This document shows positions 1-13,256 of a stretch of 64,000 nt of DNA, in pieces. The translations under genes and the position numbers were made by a program. Origin of the DNA: Lama glama (Eukaryota); contig CM052818.1 in NCBI GenBank assembly GCA_028534125.1, forward strand, positions 43,154,001 through 43,218,000, given 5' to 3'. The notes under the pieces were generated by a model. That model was not told the DNA's origin and did no database searches. It saw only the letters and a list, made by a program, of their open reading frames with translations. The number at the start of each line of letters is the position of its first letter. Positions within the stretch are counted from its first letter, which is position 1.

Positions 1-1084
1 TGCCATCAACCAGGCTTTTCCTCTTCTCTGCCTTGCGTATGGAAATAAAGCCATTTTAAATCCTTTGCTAAACCTATAAATTCCCTCTTTATGCATGATG
101 CATGCAATGTATCTACGCCATTGCTATCATTACTGGGCCTATGACACATATGAAGAAAATGAGTCCAGCTTTCACTGCCCACACTGCACAGCAGCTGGTA
201 GGGTTCCGTGTCCCTCCTCTGACCTCCAGCAACGAGGTCTTAAAACCTCAGCTCTTGGAGCCTGGCTCCCCGCACCTGCAGTCTATCTGCATGTCCAGCA
301 CAGCCGGGCTCTGGAAATTGGGCTTCCCGCCAGTCATCTCCAACTCGCCAAATCTTCAGAAGGGCAGCTGAAACACCAGAACTTTCCTGGGAATTTCCCA
401 GCCGCCAGCTCAGATACTGTATCCTTGTTTGCTGAGCTAAAACTAGTGAAGATTGGCAAAGATAAATTAGCAACACATCCGGGAGGACTGCACGTCTCAT
501 CCAAACATTTGCCCAACCCTGATTCCCAGTAGCGTTCAACTTTGTCTGCAGTGAGCTAACGGATGTGGGCATTATCACAGGGAGGTGAGATGGTATCATT
601 CGCAGAGCTGGGGCTGGGTGAGTTTTCTCTCTAAATGATGTTTTAGAGAAACAGCGTAGAAAACATCATTCTGCTTTGAGAATCAGCTTGAGAGGACATC
701 GAACGTGTTTCTTTCTTTTCCTTTTTAGGTTTATCTCTTAAAGCCAGATGATACTCTAGCTTCATACAACATACCTGGAGACCAGCAAGCGAGGCATGAT
801 AGTCTACCATTTCTGGCATGTGGGTTTGGGAAAAGGTATCTATTCCTGGTATGAAATTCATTACCTAGGACTGACCGGCCTCAGCTACAAAGGCCAGCGC
901 TGGGGGAAGACTGGGTAGCAAAATTGCCCTGCGTGAATGGGTCCTAGGTTATGTATATCTGTAGGCTTTGTCAGGATGAGGTAGGGACTTCCTACGCACT
1001 GGGTGCCCTTCCTTCCTGCCAGGCACACCAAACTAGTATCTCATTTAATTTTTGGATCAACCTATTAAAATAATAATAACGATA

Positions 1085-1450
1085 ATAATGATAATAATAG
1101 CAAAAATCATAGCAAACATTTGTGGAGCACTTAAAATAAGAGCTGGTAACTGTACTTGAATATGGGCTCTGGTGAGTAAGAGGATGGTGAAAGTGTGTTT
1201 AGTTTTGTGAGAAATGGTCAAATTATCTTCCCAAGTGGCTGTAAATACATATACAATCTTTGTCCGCTGTGCCCCATTGAAGTTGGAAAACACTGTTTGT
1301 ACTTTATTACATAACGTAATCTATCTATGACATTGGTATCATTGCCGGGTTTACTATACACATGAAGAAAATGAGGCTTAGAAATTTTAAGTTATTTTCA
1401 AGTTCACTCAGCCAAGTAAGCGGTGGAGCAGCTGTCAAATTTAACCAGCA
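1085..1450 (-). mobile_element. MIR SINE, interrupted by a short old L1 fragment (~1150-1290)
   Basis: 'aataatagcaaa...catttgtggagcac' and 'catgaagaaaatgaggcttagaaattttaagttattttcaagttcactcagccaagtaagcggtggagc' resemble the antisense MIR core; 'gtttagttttgtgagaaatggtcaaattatcttcccaagtggctgta' is L1 antisense. Confidence 0.7.
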
Positions 1451-1454
1451 ATAA

Positions 1455-1695
1455 AGCAGAGTGGAAGAAGGCAGCCTTCAGAGGCAGGTGGATGGAAGTT
1501 TGAAGCCCTGCTCTGCTGACCTGCAGTGACGGCTGCTTGGCAAGTCTTTCAACTTCGCTGAATTATCTGTTATCAGAGAGAGGTCTATCGTCAGAGAGAC
1601 AGACACCAAAACTACTTGCCAGGATTGGCTCTGAGCTAGGTAGAGTGCCCGTCACGTAAGCAGCCATTCAATGAATGGAAGTCTTACTTTATTAT
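1455..1695 (+). mobile_element. MIR SINE
   Basis: 'gtttgaagccctgctctgctg...ggcaagtctttcaacttcgctgaa' and a 3' end 'agagtgcccgtcacgtaagcagccattcaatgaatgg'. Confidence 0.65.
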
Positions 1696-2639
1696 TTACT
1701 GGGGGTGAGGTAAAGAGATGCCTTTTCAATATTTTCTGCCCCATGTTGAGGTTGGACAAAGTCTAGGACTGGTGGTGATGCAGGTTGGAAATTTAATGGA
1801 TCCTGTTATAGGCAATTGAGCAGCAGGTCCTGAGAGAATGCACAGAGCCTGAAGTCCCCTTCTATGGTGGGTAATTCATTCTGTTATCTTAGAGGCACCA
1901 TTAAGGTGCTTCTGTGCCAGAAGGGTGAGATTTTCACATAGTCTGTCCTTTTAGTAACTGTATCTAAATAACCAAAACTCGGATTTCTTATTTCTTTTGA
2001 TATCCTTTTTTTATTCCATATAAGGGTAGTTGGTTAGAATATTATTGATGTTTGGTGTGAAAGAAAAAAAAAGTTCAAGATGCTGAATTTTGAACAGTGG
2101 AACTCCTTAGGAGGAAACGACTTCAAAGAGAATAGTGATATATTATCGATGAGGTAAAAACTTTTGAGAAAGTTGACCATGTTGCGCAGAACACAAGACT
2201 CTCCATGCATTTGTATGACATACTTTATCCTGACATGATTTCTTTTTTATGGGAAGAAATAATTTGTGATCTTCCTCTACTTGATTGCTCACCGTCTGAG
2301 CAGAAAGAGTGAAACTGAATAATCTTTATCATGTGCAGAGTAAACGCTTTACAGAAACACTTCATTCAGTTCCAGATTATGTGGATCTGCACCACTGCTC
2401 AGGACAAATGAGGAAGTGGGGCTCAGCCAGGTTATTTGCTTTACCCACAATCACACACAACTAGTGGAAACTGAGGCACAAGTAATTGCATTTTGGACTC
2501 CAAGTTCAACCAAAATTGTCTTCTTTTTTAGGTGAAAATACGTTTTTCTTTTGTTATGAAATATATTTAAATTGATTAAAATATGCAGAGACTGAAAGAC
2601 TATAATGCAGTGTACAAATTTAATGCAAAAGACCCAAGA

Positions 2640-3070
2640 CAGTGACTATCTTCCAAAGTATTTATCCTTTCTGTGTGCTGTCCTTACGTGTGGAGGTCTT
2701 CTCCATGGGTCCTAGTGTTCTTGGCTCATGCTATCTTTTTTCTGTAAGATCTTTGAAGTGAATCTCTATTGTCATGTCATTGAAATTTCATATGGAAAAA
2801 TAATATGTCAGTCTGTCAGTCTGACCTTTTTTTTTTTTTTTAACTTTATGTAACACTTTCTGGGGTTCTGAAATTTTTTTATTCTGAAAATTCAGTAACT
2901 TCTTCAAGTAAGTTATGGAGTTGAGAATTTTTTTTTTTTTGAGAATTTTGCATCAATACTTCCGAGAATAAGATGCGCCTTTTCATTCTCCAGAGTCAAA
3001 TAAATTAATCTGAAGAATTTTTTCCATTGTCTTTGTCTCCATATATATATAGTGAATCTCTTTTATCCGA
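2640..3070 (-). mobile_element. old L1M fragment (highly diverged)
   Basis: T-rich tract resembling the antisense L1 ORF1/5' region; family not resolved. Confidence 0.4.
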
Positions 3071-3084
3071 TTCTCATTTTTGTA

Positions 3085-3310
3085 TAATAACTAGCATTTG
3101 TGAAGCTCTGGCTGCATGTCAGGCACCGTGTTAAGTTCTACTTATTCACTATCTCATGTAGTATGTGGAACGAACCTAAGAGTACATGGAAACAATCTTA
3201 AGACACAAGAGAATTAGAAGTAACTTGTTCAAGGATACTTGGCGGCCAAGTAGTGGGTGGTTTCACCCCAGTCTGCCTCTTACATCCACATGACACCATA
3301 TTCTACATCA
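3085..3310 (-). mobile_element. MIR SINE
   Basis: 'taataactagcatttgtgaagctc...tgtcaggcaccgtgttaagttct...aagtaacttgttcaagg...cccagtctgcctc'. Confidence 0.7.
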
Positions 3311-5679
3311 TCCTGCCTCTTATATTTACTACACTTTGTTTTAGTTTTTGCCTTCAACATGTACCTTCTCTCCTTGATTGGTGTGAGCTGGGTTTATTTT
3401 AAATGTATTGCTTCTAATTTTGTTTTATATTTCTCTTCTGTTTCCTGGACTCTGCCATCAAAAATTGCCTAGCCTTCTCTTGCTTTATTTATTCATTGAA
3501 TTTTTTTGGTCCAAGTAAATGATCTCCTTAATATCTTTGAGGCCACATAAAACACTTTGCATGAACCATTTGTCTACCATCTATTTAATTTCATTCTGAT
3601 ACACAGTAGCTGCCTTGAATTCGTTTCCTTTACTCTTCATTTTCTCTATTATTTAAATACATAAGTTTTATCCTATAACTTGTTAGGCTGTTTCTTCATT
3701 TTAAAGGGCATTCCTATTTGAGTCAACTCTTTTTTAAAGAATGCTGCAGCGAATAAAGTGGAGACAAGGTATAATTTTAATTTGAGCCCATATACTTTAA
3801 TCTATTTTCATGAAGTGTGCATTTTTGTCTGTCTTGGACACTTTGTATGCCTTGGGAATGTACCTAGATTCCAGCATTTTGTTGTTATTCACAAAGAAGA
3901 ACCTTAAGTTCCAGGATCTTTATATGAACCCAACTCAAACTGTCTTTAAATGATATATTCTTTGCACTGTGCAAAACTGCCATTGTCTCTGTATATTTCT
4001 AGAATAATAAACCTGCATGCCGACTCAGCAGGTGGCAATGCTGATTAGGACACGATTGGGGTATGTAGGAAGAAACTGCAGAAACATATCAAAGTCAGTT
4101 GGCGCTGCTGTGGTGGAATTAAAAATGGCATCCGCAATGCATAAAAAGTCAACTGTTGGAAAAGAGGTACATAGGAGACGTGTGGAGTGCTGCACATCTT
4201 TCTGAACCCACATGGCTAGAAGTTAGTCAGGTGTGAGAGACTCGGGCTGATGGAAGTGAGAAAGTACTTCCATGATCACCATTTACCACAGGTTGCGTAG
4301 GAACACAACTCTGGAGTGGGAAGGAGTATCATGGTAGGAATAAAGAAAGAATCTAAAAAGGCGTATCTCAGAGTGTCAAATATTGAGGTTTTTTTCCACT
4401 TTACCTTCTTACCTAGGTCAAATCCAAAAGGTTCTGTGCTCTTGTGTGTGAGAGTAACTCTGTTATTCGATCTGAGTGTTCACATCACTGACAACAGATC
4501 ATTCATTCACAATAATAGTTGATCTCTTATGAAAAAGAGGCAGCTGGTATCCATGTTTCTGATGAGGATAAAGGCAGAGGGGTACACGGTAATCATGGGT
4601 TATTAAGTATTCACATTGTTAGAGATTCCTGCAGTCACTGCACATTTAGAAACAATTAAAATAAAGCGATTGTCACCTTGGAGTCCCAGTGGTCTGTCAC
4701 TGCAGTCGGCTATTCCAGCATCAAATGTAGCCTCTAACAGCTGCTTCTCAGGAACCATAAAAAGAAAAAAAAGATACACAGTAGACACTCTTTATGACTT
4801 TTCAATGACAACTCAGGGTTTTTCACTTAATGGGTAAAATTTTTCACTCAAATATGGAAATATTTGCAAATAACAGCCTTGGAATATATCTCACTTTTAC
4901 TATGTAATCATAATAAATACGATTTTAAAAAGAATATTTCATTTGGTGTTTTCACATAAAAAGTACTCTAGGGTAAAAGGCTATAAAATTCCTTTGTTTC
5001 CTGATTTTTTTCTTGATGCTGTTAATTCTTAGTTCTTACTGAAAGTCTGCTTTCCTTATAGCACGTAATTAGCATGTTTAAAAACCTTGGCACCTTTTAA
5101 ACAACATCGGATTAAAGTACATAAAGAAATCTATGTTGAGAAGCCCAGGTGTTTTTCTGATTCAATTAGTCCTTCTTTATTCTCAACTCTTCCTTCACTT
5201 GCAGTCTCTTTCTTAATTCAGAAGATGAAAGTAAACAGTCATTTGGCTATTAGAGGAGCCCGTGGAGGGCTCATTAGCTGGGTTCTAATTGGGCTGTTTC
5301 CCAAAGCTGTCACTCAGAATTGAAGGTGAATCTGACGCCGGCAGCAAATGAGTGCACAGAGGGCTGCGAAGTGGGATGACTGAAGGCACTTCAGGAAAAT
5401 TGGGGGAATGAGATGAATTTAGGACAAATGAAATGCACTTTTAATGTGGGCAAGAGGTAGGAGGTGAAGCAGAGAGAGAGGACTTAGGAGGCTGGTGTTT
5501 GGAAAGTGATTCCATTAGACTCTTCTGAGATTTTGCTTTTATTTTCATTATCGGAAAAAGCAATTGTCTAAACTAGTGATGCTCGGGGAGATGCCTTCCT
5601 ATGACACGAACACTTCGAAGTTCTGTGCTTGCTTGTCCTTCCACGGAGCTGGCTGCACCGTGACTGTTTTATTACCTCC

Positions 5680-6200
5680 CTCCCCCGTGACCTCTGCTTC
5701 CGGGCAGCAGGGTTTGTTTCTCCATACCTGCCTTGCATAAAATTTAGCCCAAAGTCCTAGGTTAGTGTTTATTCAATCGGCTGATAATCCGTTGGTGAGG
5801 AATGAATGAACTACTATGCCCTTTGCTTCTGCTTGGTCTCGCCTTCCCTTTGGCATTCCTTTATCCTTGCTTGGCTAAATCTTATTAACACTTCAAGGTC
5901 CAATTCAAAGAATAATTTCACTGTGAAGCTTTTTCCAACATTCTACCACCCAGGTAGAAATAATCGCTTATTCTCGCCTCATCAAAATACACAGGTAACA
6001 TCCGGTGTGTGTGTCTATTATAATACTAACTGTGGTGTAATAGGATGGCACAAATGTGCCTATTACTCAGGCAGATTACGGGACCGTTGGAGTTTGGGAC
6101 TGAGTACAAATCATCTTTAGGAGCTTCTCTGTATTCCCCCTAACCCTTAGAGCAGAGCTTGGCACAAAAGGAGACACATAGGCATTTGTTAAGTGAATGA
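5680..6200 (+). mobile_element. L2 3'-end fragments
   Basis: L2 terminal motif 'cttagagcagagcttggcacaaaaggagacacataggcatttgttaagtgaatga' and a second 'gttggtgaggaatgaatgaa'. Confidence 0.65.
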
Positions 6201-7060
6201 TTGGATCCTTGTTTAGGAATGACACAAATTCAATCAGGATTGCTGCAAAATTTCTTGAGTCCACTGTTGATTTCCTCTTAAGATGGCTTTATTAATTCCT
6301 GTAGGATCAGTCTTTTAGCCCCAGAAACCAACAAAAACAAAATGCTTCTGGATAAATTATAATAGTAAATTGAGATGATGAAGCAATGAAGCTATGATAA
6401 AAGATAAATCTATGATAAGAATGATAAAAATTAGAAAAATGTCTCTCAGGTCAAGAAACATAATAAAGACACTCCTTTGTATATGGGTGCAGAATCGTCA
6501 GACAACTGGCCGTGGGACAATAAACAGGCAGATGTGGCTCTGAGGTCAAACACCGTGCGGATCAGACAGCTGAGCTTCCACTAGACTCAGGAGAGGGATG
6601 GAAAAGCAGGGGTGGAAGTAATGAGTTTATAAAGATAATAAGTATAATATAATTACATATGGCTACAAAGAACTTACATACTACTCATAAATTATATTGT
6701 ATATGTAAAGCAAACAGGCATCACACTCTTCTACATAATCTGTATAAAATGATGACACATCTTTTTATTTCTTCCAGAAGATGAGAATAAAATCCATTAT
6801 CACGATATGACCTACTGTGTGTTAAAACATAAGAACAATCACTAAAGTAATAAAAATTTAAACCATAACGTCCAAACCAGTAGAGAAAATAATAGGGGGA
6901 CCAAGAACTGGTCTCCCCCAAGCAAATATTTCTTTGAAGGAGGCTGTAAAAGGCCACGTGAAGAACATCAACAGAGTTCTTGTCCCTCCTGGTCCACTTT
7001 TGACCCCTGATCCAATCCACTAGCATTCATAACCCTTCTGATTATCTCCTTTCATTCCAG

Positions 7061-7505
7061 TGATGAGGGAAGGATGTCTGTCCTAAACAGTACAGCCAGC
7101 CAAGTGCATGGCACCTGACACTGGACAGATGAGATGGACAGTGGTTTACAGAGACACCTGTGCTCACAGCCTCAGGGAGGAGGATCCCAGATGCCAGGCA
7201 GGGCCACGTGGGGCTGCACGGGGGACTGTGGGAGGCAGGCTTTATAGTGCAGAAAGGTAGAGTAATTCTTAGTACCTGCAGGAGGGTGTGATTAATTTAT
7301 TGAATAATCTCTCACATTTGTGAGGAGGTAGAACCCATTGGGTTGAAGCCCAGATTGGGTACAGCTGGTCCAGTCTACAGTGTGAGGAGTCAGGTGGGGG
7401 GCACATCTGCAGAGAGCAGAAAGACCCATGTCTAGACCTTTGGGGCCCTATGAGGCTTAAAGATGCCAAGTAGTGCATGGGATTTCATTCAGGCCTTAGA
7501 ATACA
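7061..7505 (-). mobile_element. ERVL-class solo LTR (MER74/MER76-like)
   Basis: TG...CA ends; the reverse complement starts 'tgtattctaaggcctgaatgaaat...ttggcatctttaagcctcatagggccccaaaggtctag', like the MER73/74/76 group as I recall it; no clear TSD. Confidence 0.6.
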
Positions 7506-8019
7506 AAGACCTGTGCTTTTTTGAATATTGACCAGCTGTAGCTCCTAATCTAATCAGCAACCAATATTACATGGTGAAGCTTTCCCCCGTCAATTTCTCT
7601 CCCCATCATGACTTACATCCCTAAGTAAGTACATTTATTTTGATTGTTATAAATCATATCACTTCCAATGCTAAGATTAAAGTTAGAAAGAATATGAGGT
7701 AGGTTATAAAAAATAAATGCTTAAATACAGAAAAGAATGAAGAACAGAGGATTCTTGAAAAAAGAATAAGATGCAAAGAATTTGGGATGAGACATTTGGT
7801 GCAGTTTAGCATAATTTGGGGGTCTAAGCTTCCTGGCTATCTTGGAGAAAAAATGAAAAACAGCAGTAACCAACCCAACCACAACCAGAACAGTAACATC
7901 GCTTTGCAAGTTTCTATTATTGAAAAATAGGAGGAAACAACGTCTCATTTAACACTAGAATGAATCGACAATTGCAATCCTATAGCAATCCTTCCTAAAA
8001 TGGAATTCACACTTTTTAA

Positions 8020-8240
8020 GAACATGTTATGTACCAGACACTGTGCTTTGAACTTTAGGTGTATAATTTTACCTAATCCTCACCACTATGCGGGTGAACT
8101 ATAAGCTATTTTTGAAATTTTATAGTTGAATTAATAAAGGCTTACAGAGGCTAAGGTAAACTCCCCAGGTAAGAGACCGTGACAAGTTGAAGTCTGGATT
8201 CAAGCCAGGGTTACTTGGCTCTTCAAAGCATAGGGTTTAA
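8020..8240 (-). mobile_element. MIR SINE
   Basis: 'tatgtaccagacactgtgctttgaacttt...taatcctcaccactatg...ggcttacagaggctaaggtaaactcccagg...ggattcaagccagg'. Confidence 0.7.
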
Positions 8241-10129
8241 CGTTAGATAATAATCAACAAAGTCATTTCTGCTCAGAATTCAGGCAATGGTTTCCAGACA
8301 TGCCACTTGTAATATTAGTATCTAGGCAGGTATAATTACAGCTTAAAAATTCATAGAACTAAGTTGTTCCATCCTTGTTACTATTGCGCATACAAGGAAA
8401 CTTAAGTAGGCACTGAGGGAGCTTAAAATACCACTCTGACCTACATGATGAAAGTTTGAAGTTTGCATACACCCTGCCCCTCTTTCCCTGAATTATTGTT
8501 ATTAAAATGAGACCCCTGAGCTTTTATCACCAGTTTGTTATCAGAACACGAGTAACAGGGACCAGATATATCCGGTATATATTAACCAACAAGCCTACTT
8601 TCATTCTGAGCTTGGTTTGGGAGTGCAGAAAGGTAAGGCAAATGTTTCCTTGCAAACGCTTAAATTCTTTCCAATGGCTGAACAAATTACTTACTGAAAT
8701 TTTAAACAGTATCATCTAAGTCTAAAGTAATTTAATTGAATAAACTTATAGTAAGGGGGGAACGAATTATACTTTGCTTAATATGATAGCCCTCTTGTGT
8801 TTATCTAATTTTGCAAAGCAGTGTTTAATAAACCGCATGAAGCATCACCGAGCCAGAAGTGTGGAGCTTGCGTTGCAGGGAAAGCAACAGAATCTTCAAT
8901 TTGTAGCAACAAGCATGCTTGAAATTACTAAAATTAAAAGTGTGGCAACATTTTGTGCTGTTACAGATCAAAAGTTCTCTGCTTCAAGAACACATCTAGA
9001 GCTGAACTTCCCAGTTTTGTGGGCAGCTGAGAAATCTCCATCTGTAAGTAACTACTAAATATTATTCTGAAACTGAATGCTAATAGTGGTCTGATCTAGT
9101 TAAAAAATCTGATGAACATCAATTTCCTGCAAGAAAGAGAGATGAATATTTTGCTAACTCCTGGAAGCGAGCAAAATTCAGCTATCAGAACTCGTGTAAT
9201 CCCAGGGTAAGGATGAGGCCACTGTCTCCTACCCTTTTCAGGATGAACAAGCAGAAATGTTGCTGCAATCTCAAAAATAAAAGGAAATATGTAAGCATGC
9301 CAGAAGCTAAGAGGTCTGGGGGAAGGATAAACTCAGAGCTTTATTCAGTTCACTCCATGGGGATCTAGTCTATCTAAGATTTGTTTTTCTATTCTACCTT
9401 TTTTTTTTTTTTTAATCTCCCCCTTTGTCTCTTGGGTTTGGGCCTCATTAAGTACTTGAGAAGGAGGCCATATGTGTCACAAATAGAAGTGGGTCTTACA
9501 GGTGATTGTGAGGTCCTTTTCAAGAGAGAACATGATAAGGAGGATTTTTGTTTTACTCTAGTTGTGTGTCTCAGTTACCTAGGGCAGAAGACAGTGGTAA
9601 AAATCAGAAGTTCGTTGTGTCTTGTCTCTTGGGGAGCTCAGTGTGATGAACTGTGCACAATGATGAGAAACAGCATTTAGAATGACCCCTAAGTCTGATT
9701 CCCACCTGGAACGTGGGAGACTCTGGAAGAGACATCAAATTACCCGATTACACAATTTTGCATAAAAGTTTTAGTCTCCGACGTGTAATTTTTCATGTTC
9801 CATGTTACATTTCAAGGAAATTATGCCTCTTGTCCGAACCTGTCAAAAGCGTTTTGGAGCTGGGCTCTGTGGTGTGGCCTATGACCTAACAATCGTAACC
9901 ATACACCAGAGGTGAATTTGACAATATGTCACCCTTGTAATGTCCTCAGCCGAGCTATTAGCGAAGAAAGAAAGAAACCGAACAGGGTAGGTTAAGGGCA
10001 GATACCTATGGAATATAACATTTCCTTGTTCTTATTCAAAGTTATTATTTTTGCCTTTCACTCATTATTTTAAACTCAGGAATAATTTAAACTGATCTAT
10101 TACACAAATTTACAGCAAATATATAGACA

Positions 10130-10820
10130 GACATATAGTATAATATTACAAAATTGAGATATTGTCCATGAACATGCTAGTCTTTCCACATTTTAGTATC
10201 CTTATTCTTTTTAATGATTTTTATAATTGTGTAATTTTATTAGAACTGCATTGAATCTACAGATTAATTTAGAGAAAACAGACATGTTTAAAATAGTAGG
10301 ACATCCTATCCAAGAATACGGACAATTTTAAACTTAATTCTTAGAGAAACATTTTGTGCTTTGTTAAATGTAATATTAGGCACCCTATATTTTTGTCACT
10401 ATTAAAATATCTATTATTTCAGACTGTATGTTCTCATTTTCACTTGAGGTGCATAGATTTGCAATCAACTCTTGTTATTGGACCTTGTGTCCAGAAACTT
10501 TTCTAAATTCTACTATAAATTATAATAATTTAGTAACTTATAGGGAGAACACAAATTTTCATATGTATATCAGGTAATACAGTAATATATCTCTGTTTTC
10601 TAATTCATCTTTATTTTAAAAAAATTCTATTGAATATATGTGAATGTCTTTTTGTTATTTACTGAAACATTCAAATTGTTTATTTTCCTCTAATTTGTTA
10701 ATGTGTGAGTTACCCTAACTGATTTTGTAATGGTAGGAAAAAGATCTTCACATTCTTGCAATACATACTTCTAAATCATTATGTTGTCCATTTTGTATTT
10801 TGCTTAATTCCTTTTAATAT
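10130..10820 (-). mobile_element. old L1M ORF2 fragment (left part)
   Basis: 'gaactgcattgaatctacagattaatttagagaaaacagacatgtttaaaatagtagg...cctatccaagaatacgg' is typical antisense L1 ORF2. Confidence 0.75.
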
Positions 10821-10827
10821 AGATACC

Positions 10828-11769
10828 TCCTACTAATCTTCAGCAATTTTTTCCTGGAAATCAATTTTTATTCATAACTATATTTCCTGGAATATTATCT
10901 CAGCTTATCAAAAGGGAAAAATTACAGTGCATAATATTGCAGCCCCAAACCCACAGACATTTTTCTTATAATAAAACCATGTAATGAAACTCTTTTTTTT
11001 TTTAAATAAAAAACTCTCAGTTTAGGACATACAATTCTTTAAAAATAATTTTTCAATCACCAAACAATTGTTGTGGATATTAACAAGCAATTGCTTTGTA
11101 TCTTTGGTTCTGCCTCAAAAATTGTTTCACTGGAGGGCATTTGCAGCTGTTGGGGAATAAATTTCCTATTAGATTTATCCCTGTCCACACTAACTTCTTC
11201 ATAATTTGGTTGCACTGCTCATGGTTGAAAAAGCTTTTATGGCTTTGGAGAACATGCAAATAAAAGATACCAGGGTATCACATACAGACTTGATGTGTGT
11301 TGCTGGCAAGTGCCTGGAGCTGTCCATTACATCATGCAGAAATGTGATGGGAGGCGATACATTACTGTGCTCTGTACGTGCACGCTCACTTTGTATACAG
11401 TATTACTTTTTTCACCGAGTTCACTTTTGTCCCTTCCTTTATTTCCTCTTCCAAAATTTTCTTCCACCTTTCTTATTACTTTTTCTGCTCGAAGCTTGGC
11501 AAAAATAAGGACTAATTATAAAATAAAACATAGAAATGTTCAGGAAAAGAATCTATGTTCAAGAATTGGTTCACAGTAAGGATGAAACTTTGAGTCCATC
11601 TTAGCGCCAAGGATACCTAAGATGTGTATCTTATTTATTGAAAAATGGAAGGCTTTTAAAAGCACCCAAACATCATTCTGTAGTGCTAACAATTGTGTTT
11701 GGAATGTAACTTGAAGATGCTGACACACATGGTTTTGTCGAGGACGCACTGAGCTTTGGGGACCGTGGG
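10828..11769 (-). pseudogene. candidate decayed processed pseudogene, 3' portion (parent gene unidentified)
   Basis: Non-repeat sequence that splits an L1; minus-strand AATAAA at 10872-10867 followed about 15 nt later by a short A run; protein-like but stop- and frameshift-broken frames. Confidence 0.35.
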
Positions 11770-13256
11770 CAGGGCACCTCCTTTTATTGTGTTTCACTTT
11801 ATTGTGCTTCCCAGATACTGTGTTTCCACAAGTTGAAGGTTTGTGTCAACCTTGCATCAGGCAAGTCTATTAGCACTGTTTTTCCAGCAGCATTTGCTCA
11901 TTTCACGTCTGTGTGTCATGGTTTGGCACTTCTCACAATATTTCAAACTTTTTATTATTATTATATGTTATGATGGTCTGTGATCAGTGATGTTACTATT
12001 GTAATTGTTTGGGGGCAGCACAAGCTGTGTCCATGAGATGGTGAACTTAATTGATCAATGTGTGTATGTGCTCTCACTGCTCCACCGACCAGTTTCTCTG
12101 TCTCTCTCCATCGCCTTGGGCCACCCTACTCCCTGAGACACAACAATATTGAAATCAGGCCAATTAATAACCCCACAATGGCCTCTAATGTTCAAGTGAA
12201 AAGAGTAGTCACACATCTCTCACTCTAGGTCAAATGCTAGAACCGGTTAAACTTATTGAGGCAGGCGTGTCGAAAGCTGAGACAGGCCTAAAGTGAGGCC
12301 TCTTGCACCAGTCAGCCAAGTTGTGATGCAAAGGAAAAGCTCTGGAAGGAAATTAAAAGTGCCCCTCCAGTGAACACATGAATGATATGAAAGCCAGCAG
12401 CCTTCTTCTTGATATGGATAAAGCTTTAGTGGTCTGGATAGAGGATCAAACCAGCCACAATATTCCTTTAAGCCAAAGCCTAATCCAGAGCAAGGCTCGG
12501 ACTCTTTTCAATTCCATGAAGGCTGAGAGATGTGAGGAAGCTGCAGAAGAGAAGTTTGAAGCCTGCAGAGAAAGGTTCACGAGGATGAAGGAAAAGAGCC
12601 GTCTCTATAACATAAAAGTACAAAGATGGCAGCATAGTTATCTGGAAGATCTAGCTGAGATTATTAATGAAGGTGGCTACACTAAGCCATGGATTTTCAA
12701 TGTAGATGAAACATCTTATATTGGAAGAAGATTCCATCTAGCACTTTCACAGCTAAAGAGGAGAAGTCAGTTTCTGACTTCAGTGCTTCAAAGGACAGGC
12801 TGACAATCAATGTTAGGGGCTAATGCAACTGGAGACTTGAAGTTGAAGCCAATGCTCATTTACCACTCTGATCACCCCAGGGTCTTAAGAACTATACTAA
12901 ATCTACCCTGCCTGTGCTCTAAAAATAGAACTACATAGCCTGGGTGACACCACATCTGTTGACAACATGGTTTACTGAATTTGTAAGCTCACTGTTGAGA
13001 CCTACCGCTCAGAAAAAGAGATTTCTTTCAAAATATTACTGCTCGTTGACAATGCCCCTGGTCTCTCAAGAGCTTTGACAGAGATGTACAAGATTATTGT
13101 TGTTTTCATAATGAATAATACAACATCCAATCTGCAGCCCATGGATCAGGGAGTCATTTTAACTTTTAAGTCTTTATTTAAGAAATATATTTCATAAGGC
13201 CAAAGCTGCTGTAGATTCCTCTGATGGATCGGAAGTCAGTTGAAAACCTTGAAGGA
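11770..13256 (+). mobile_element. Tigger1 DNA transposon (TcMar-Tigger), 3'-truncated, with decayed transposase
   Basis: Starts 'cagggcacctccttttattgtgtttcactttattgtgcttcccagatactg...aagttgaaggtttgtgtcaacc' (Tigger1 5' end); ORF 12378-12803 'LVVWIEDQTSHNIPLSQSLIQSKARTLFNSMKAER...IFNVDET' is Tigger1/TIGD1-type transposase; frameshifts and stops follow. Confidence 0.95.

Noticed and set aside
95..599. Overlapping ORFs of 145, 119 and 89 aa at the window start
   Set aside because: No recognisable domain; the 5' part is MIR-derived; overlapping frames on both strands fit a locally GC-richer non-coding stretch.
775..847. Minus-strand exon-like unit ending CAG|GTATGT
   Set aside because: Weak acceptor, unrecognised peptide (GIDTFSQTHMPEMVDYHASLAGLQ) and no partner exons.
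4677..4748. Minus-strand frame KQLLEATFDAGIADCSDRPLGLQ after a pyrimidine tract
   Set aside because: Atypical acceptor and weak donor (GTGACA); not recognised.
12378..12803. 141-aa ORF resembling TIGD1
   Set aside because: Residual frame of a decayed Tigger1 transposase with frameshifts and stops; not a domesticated gene.
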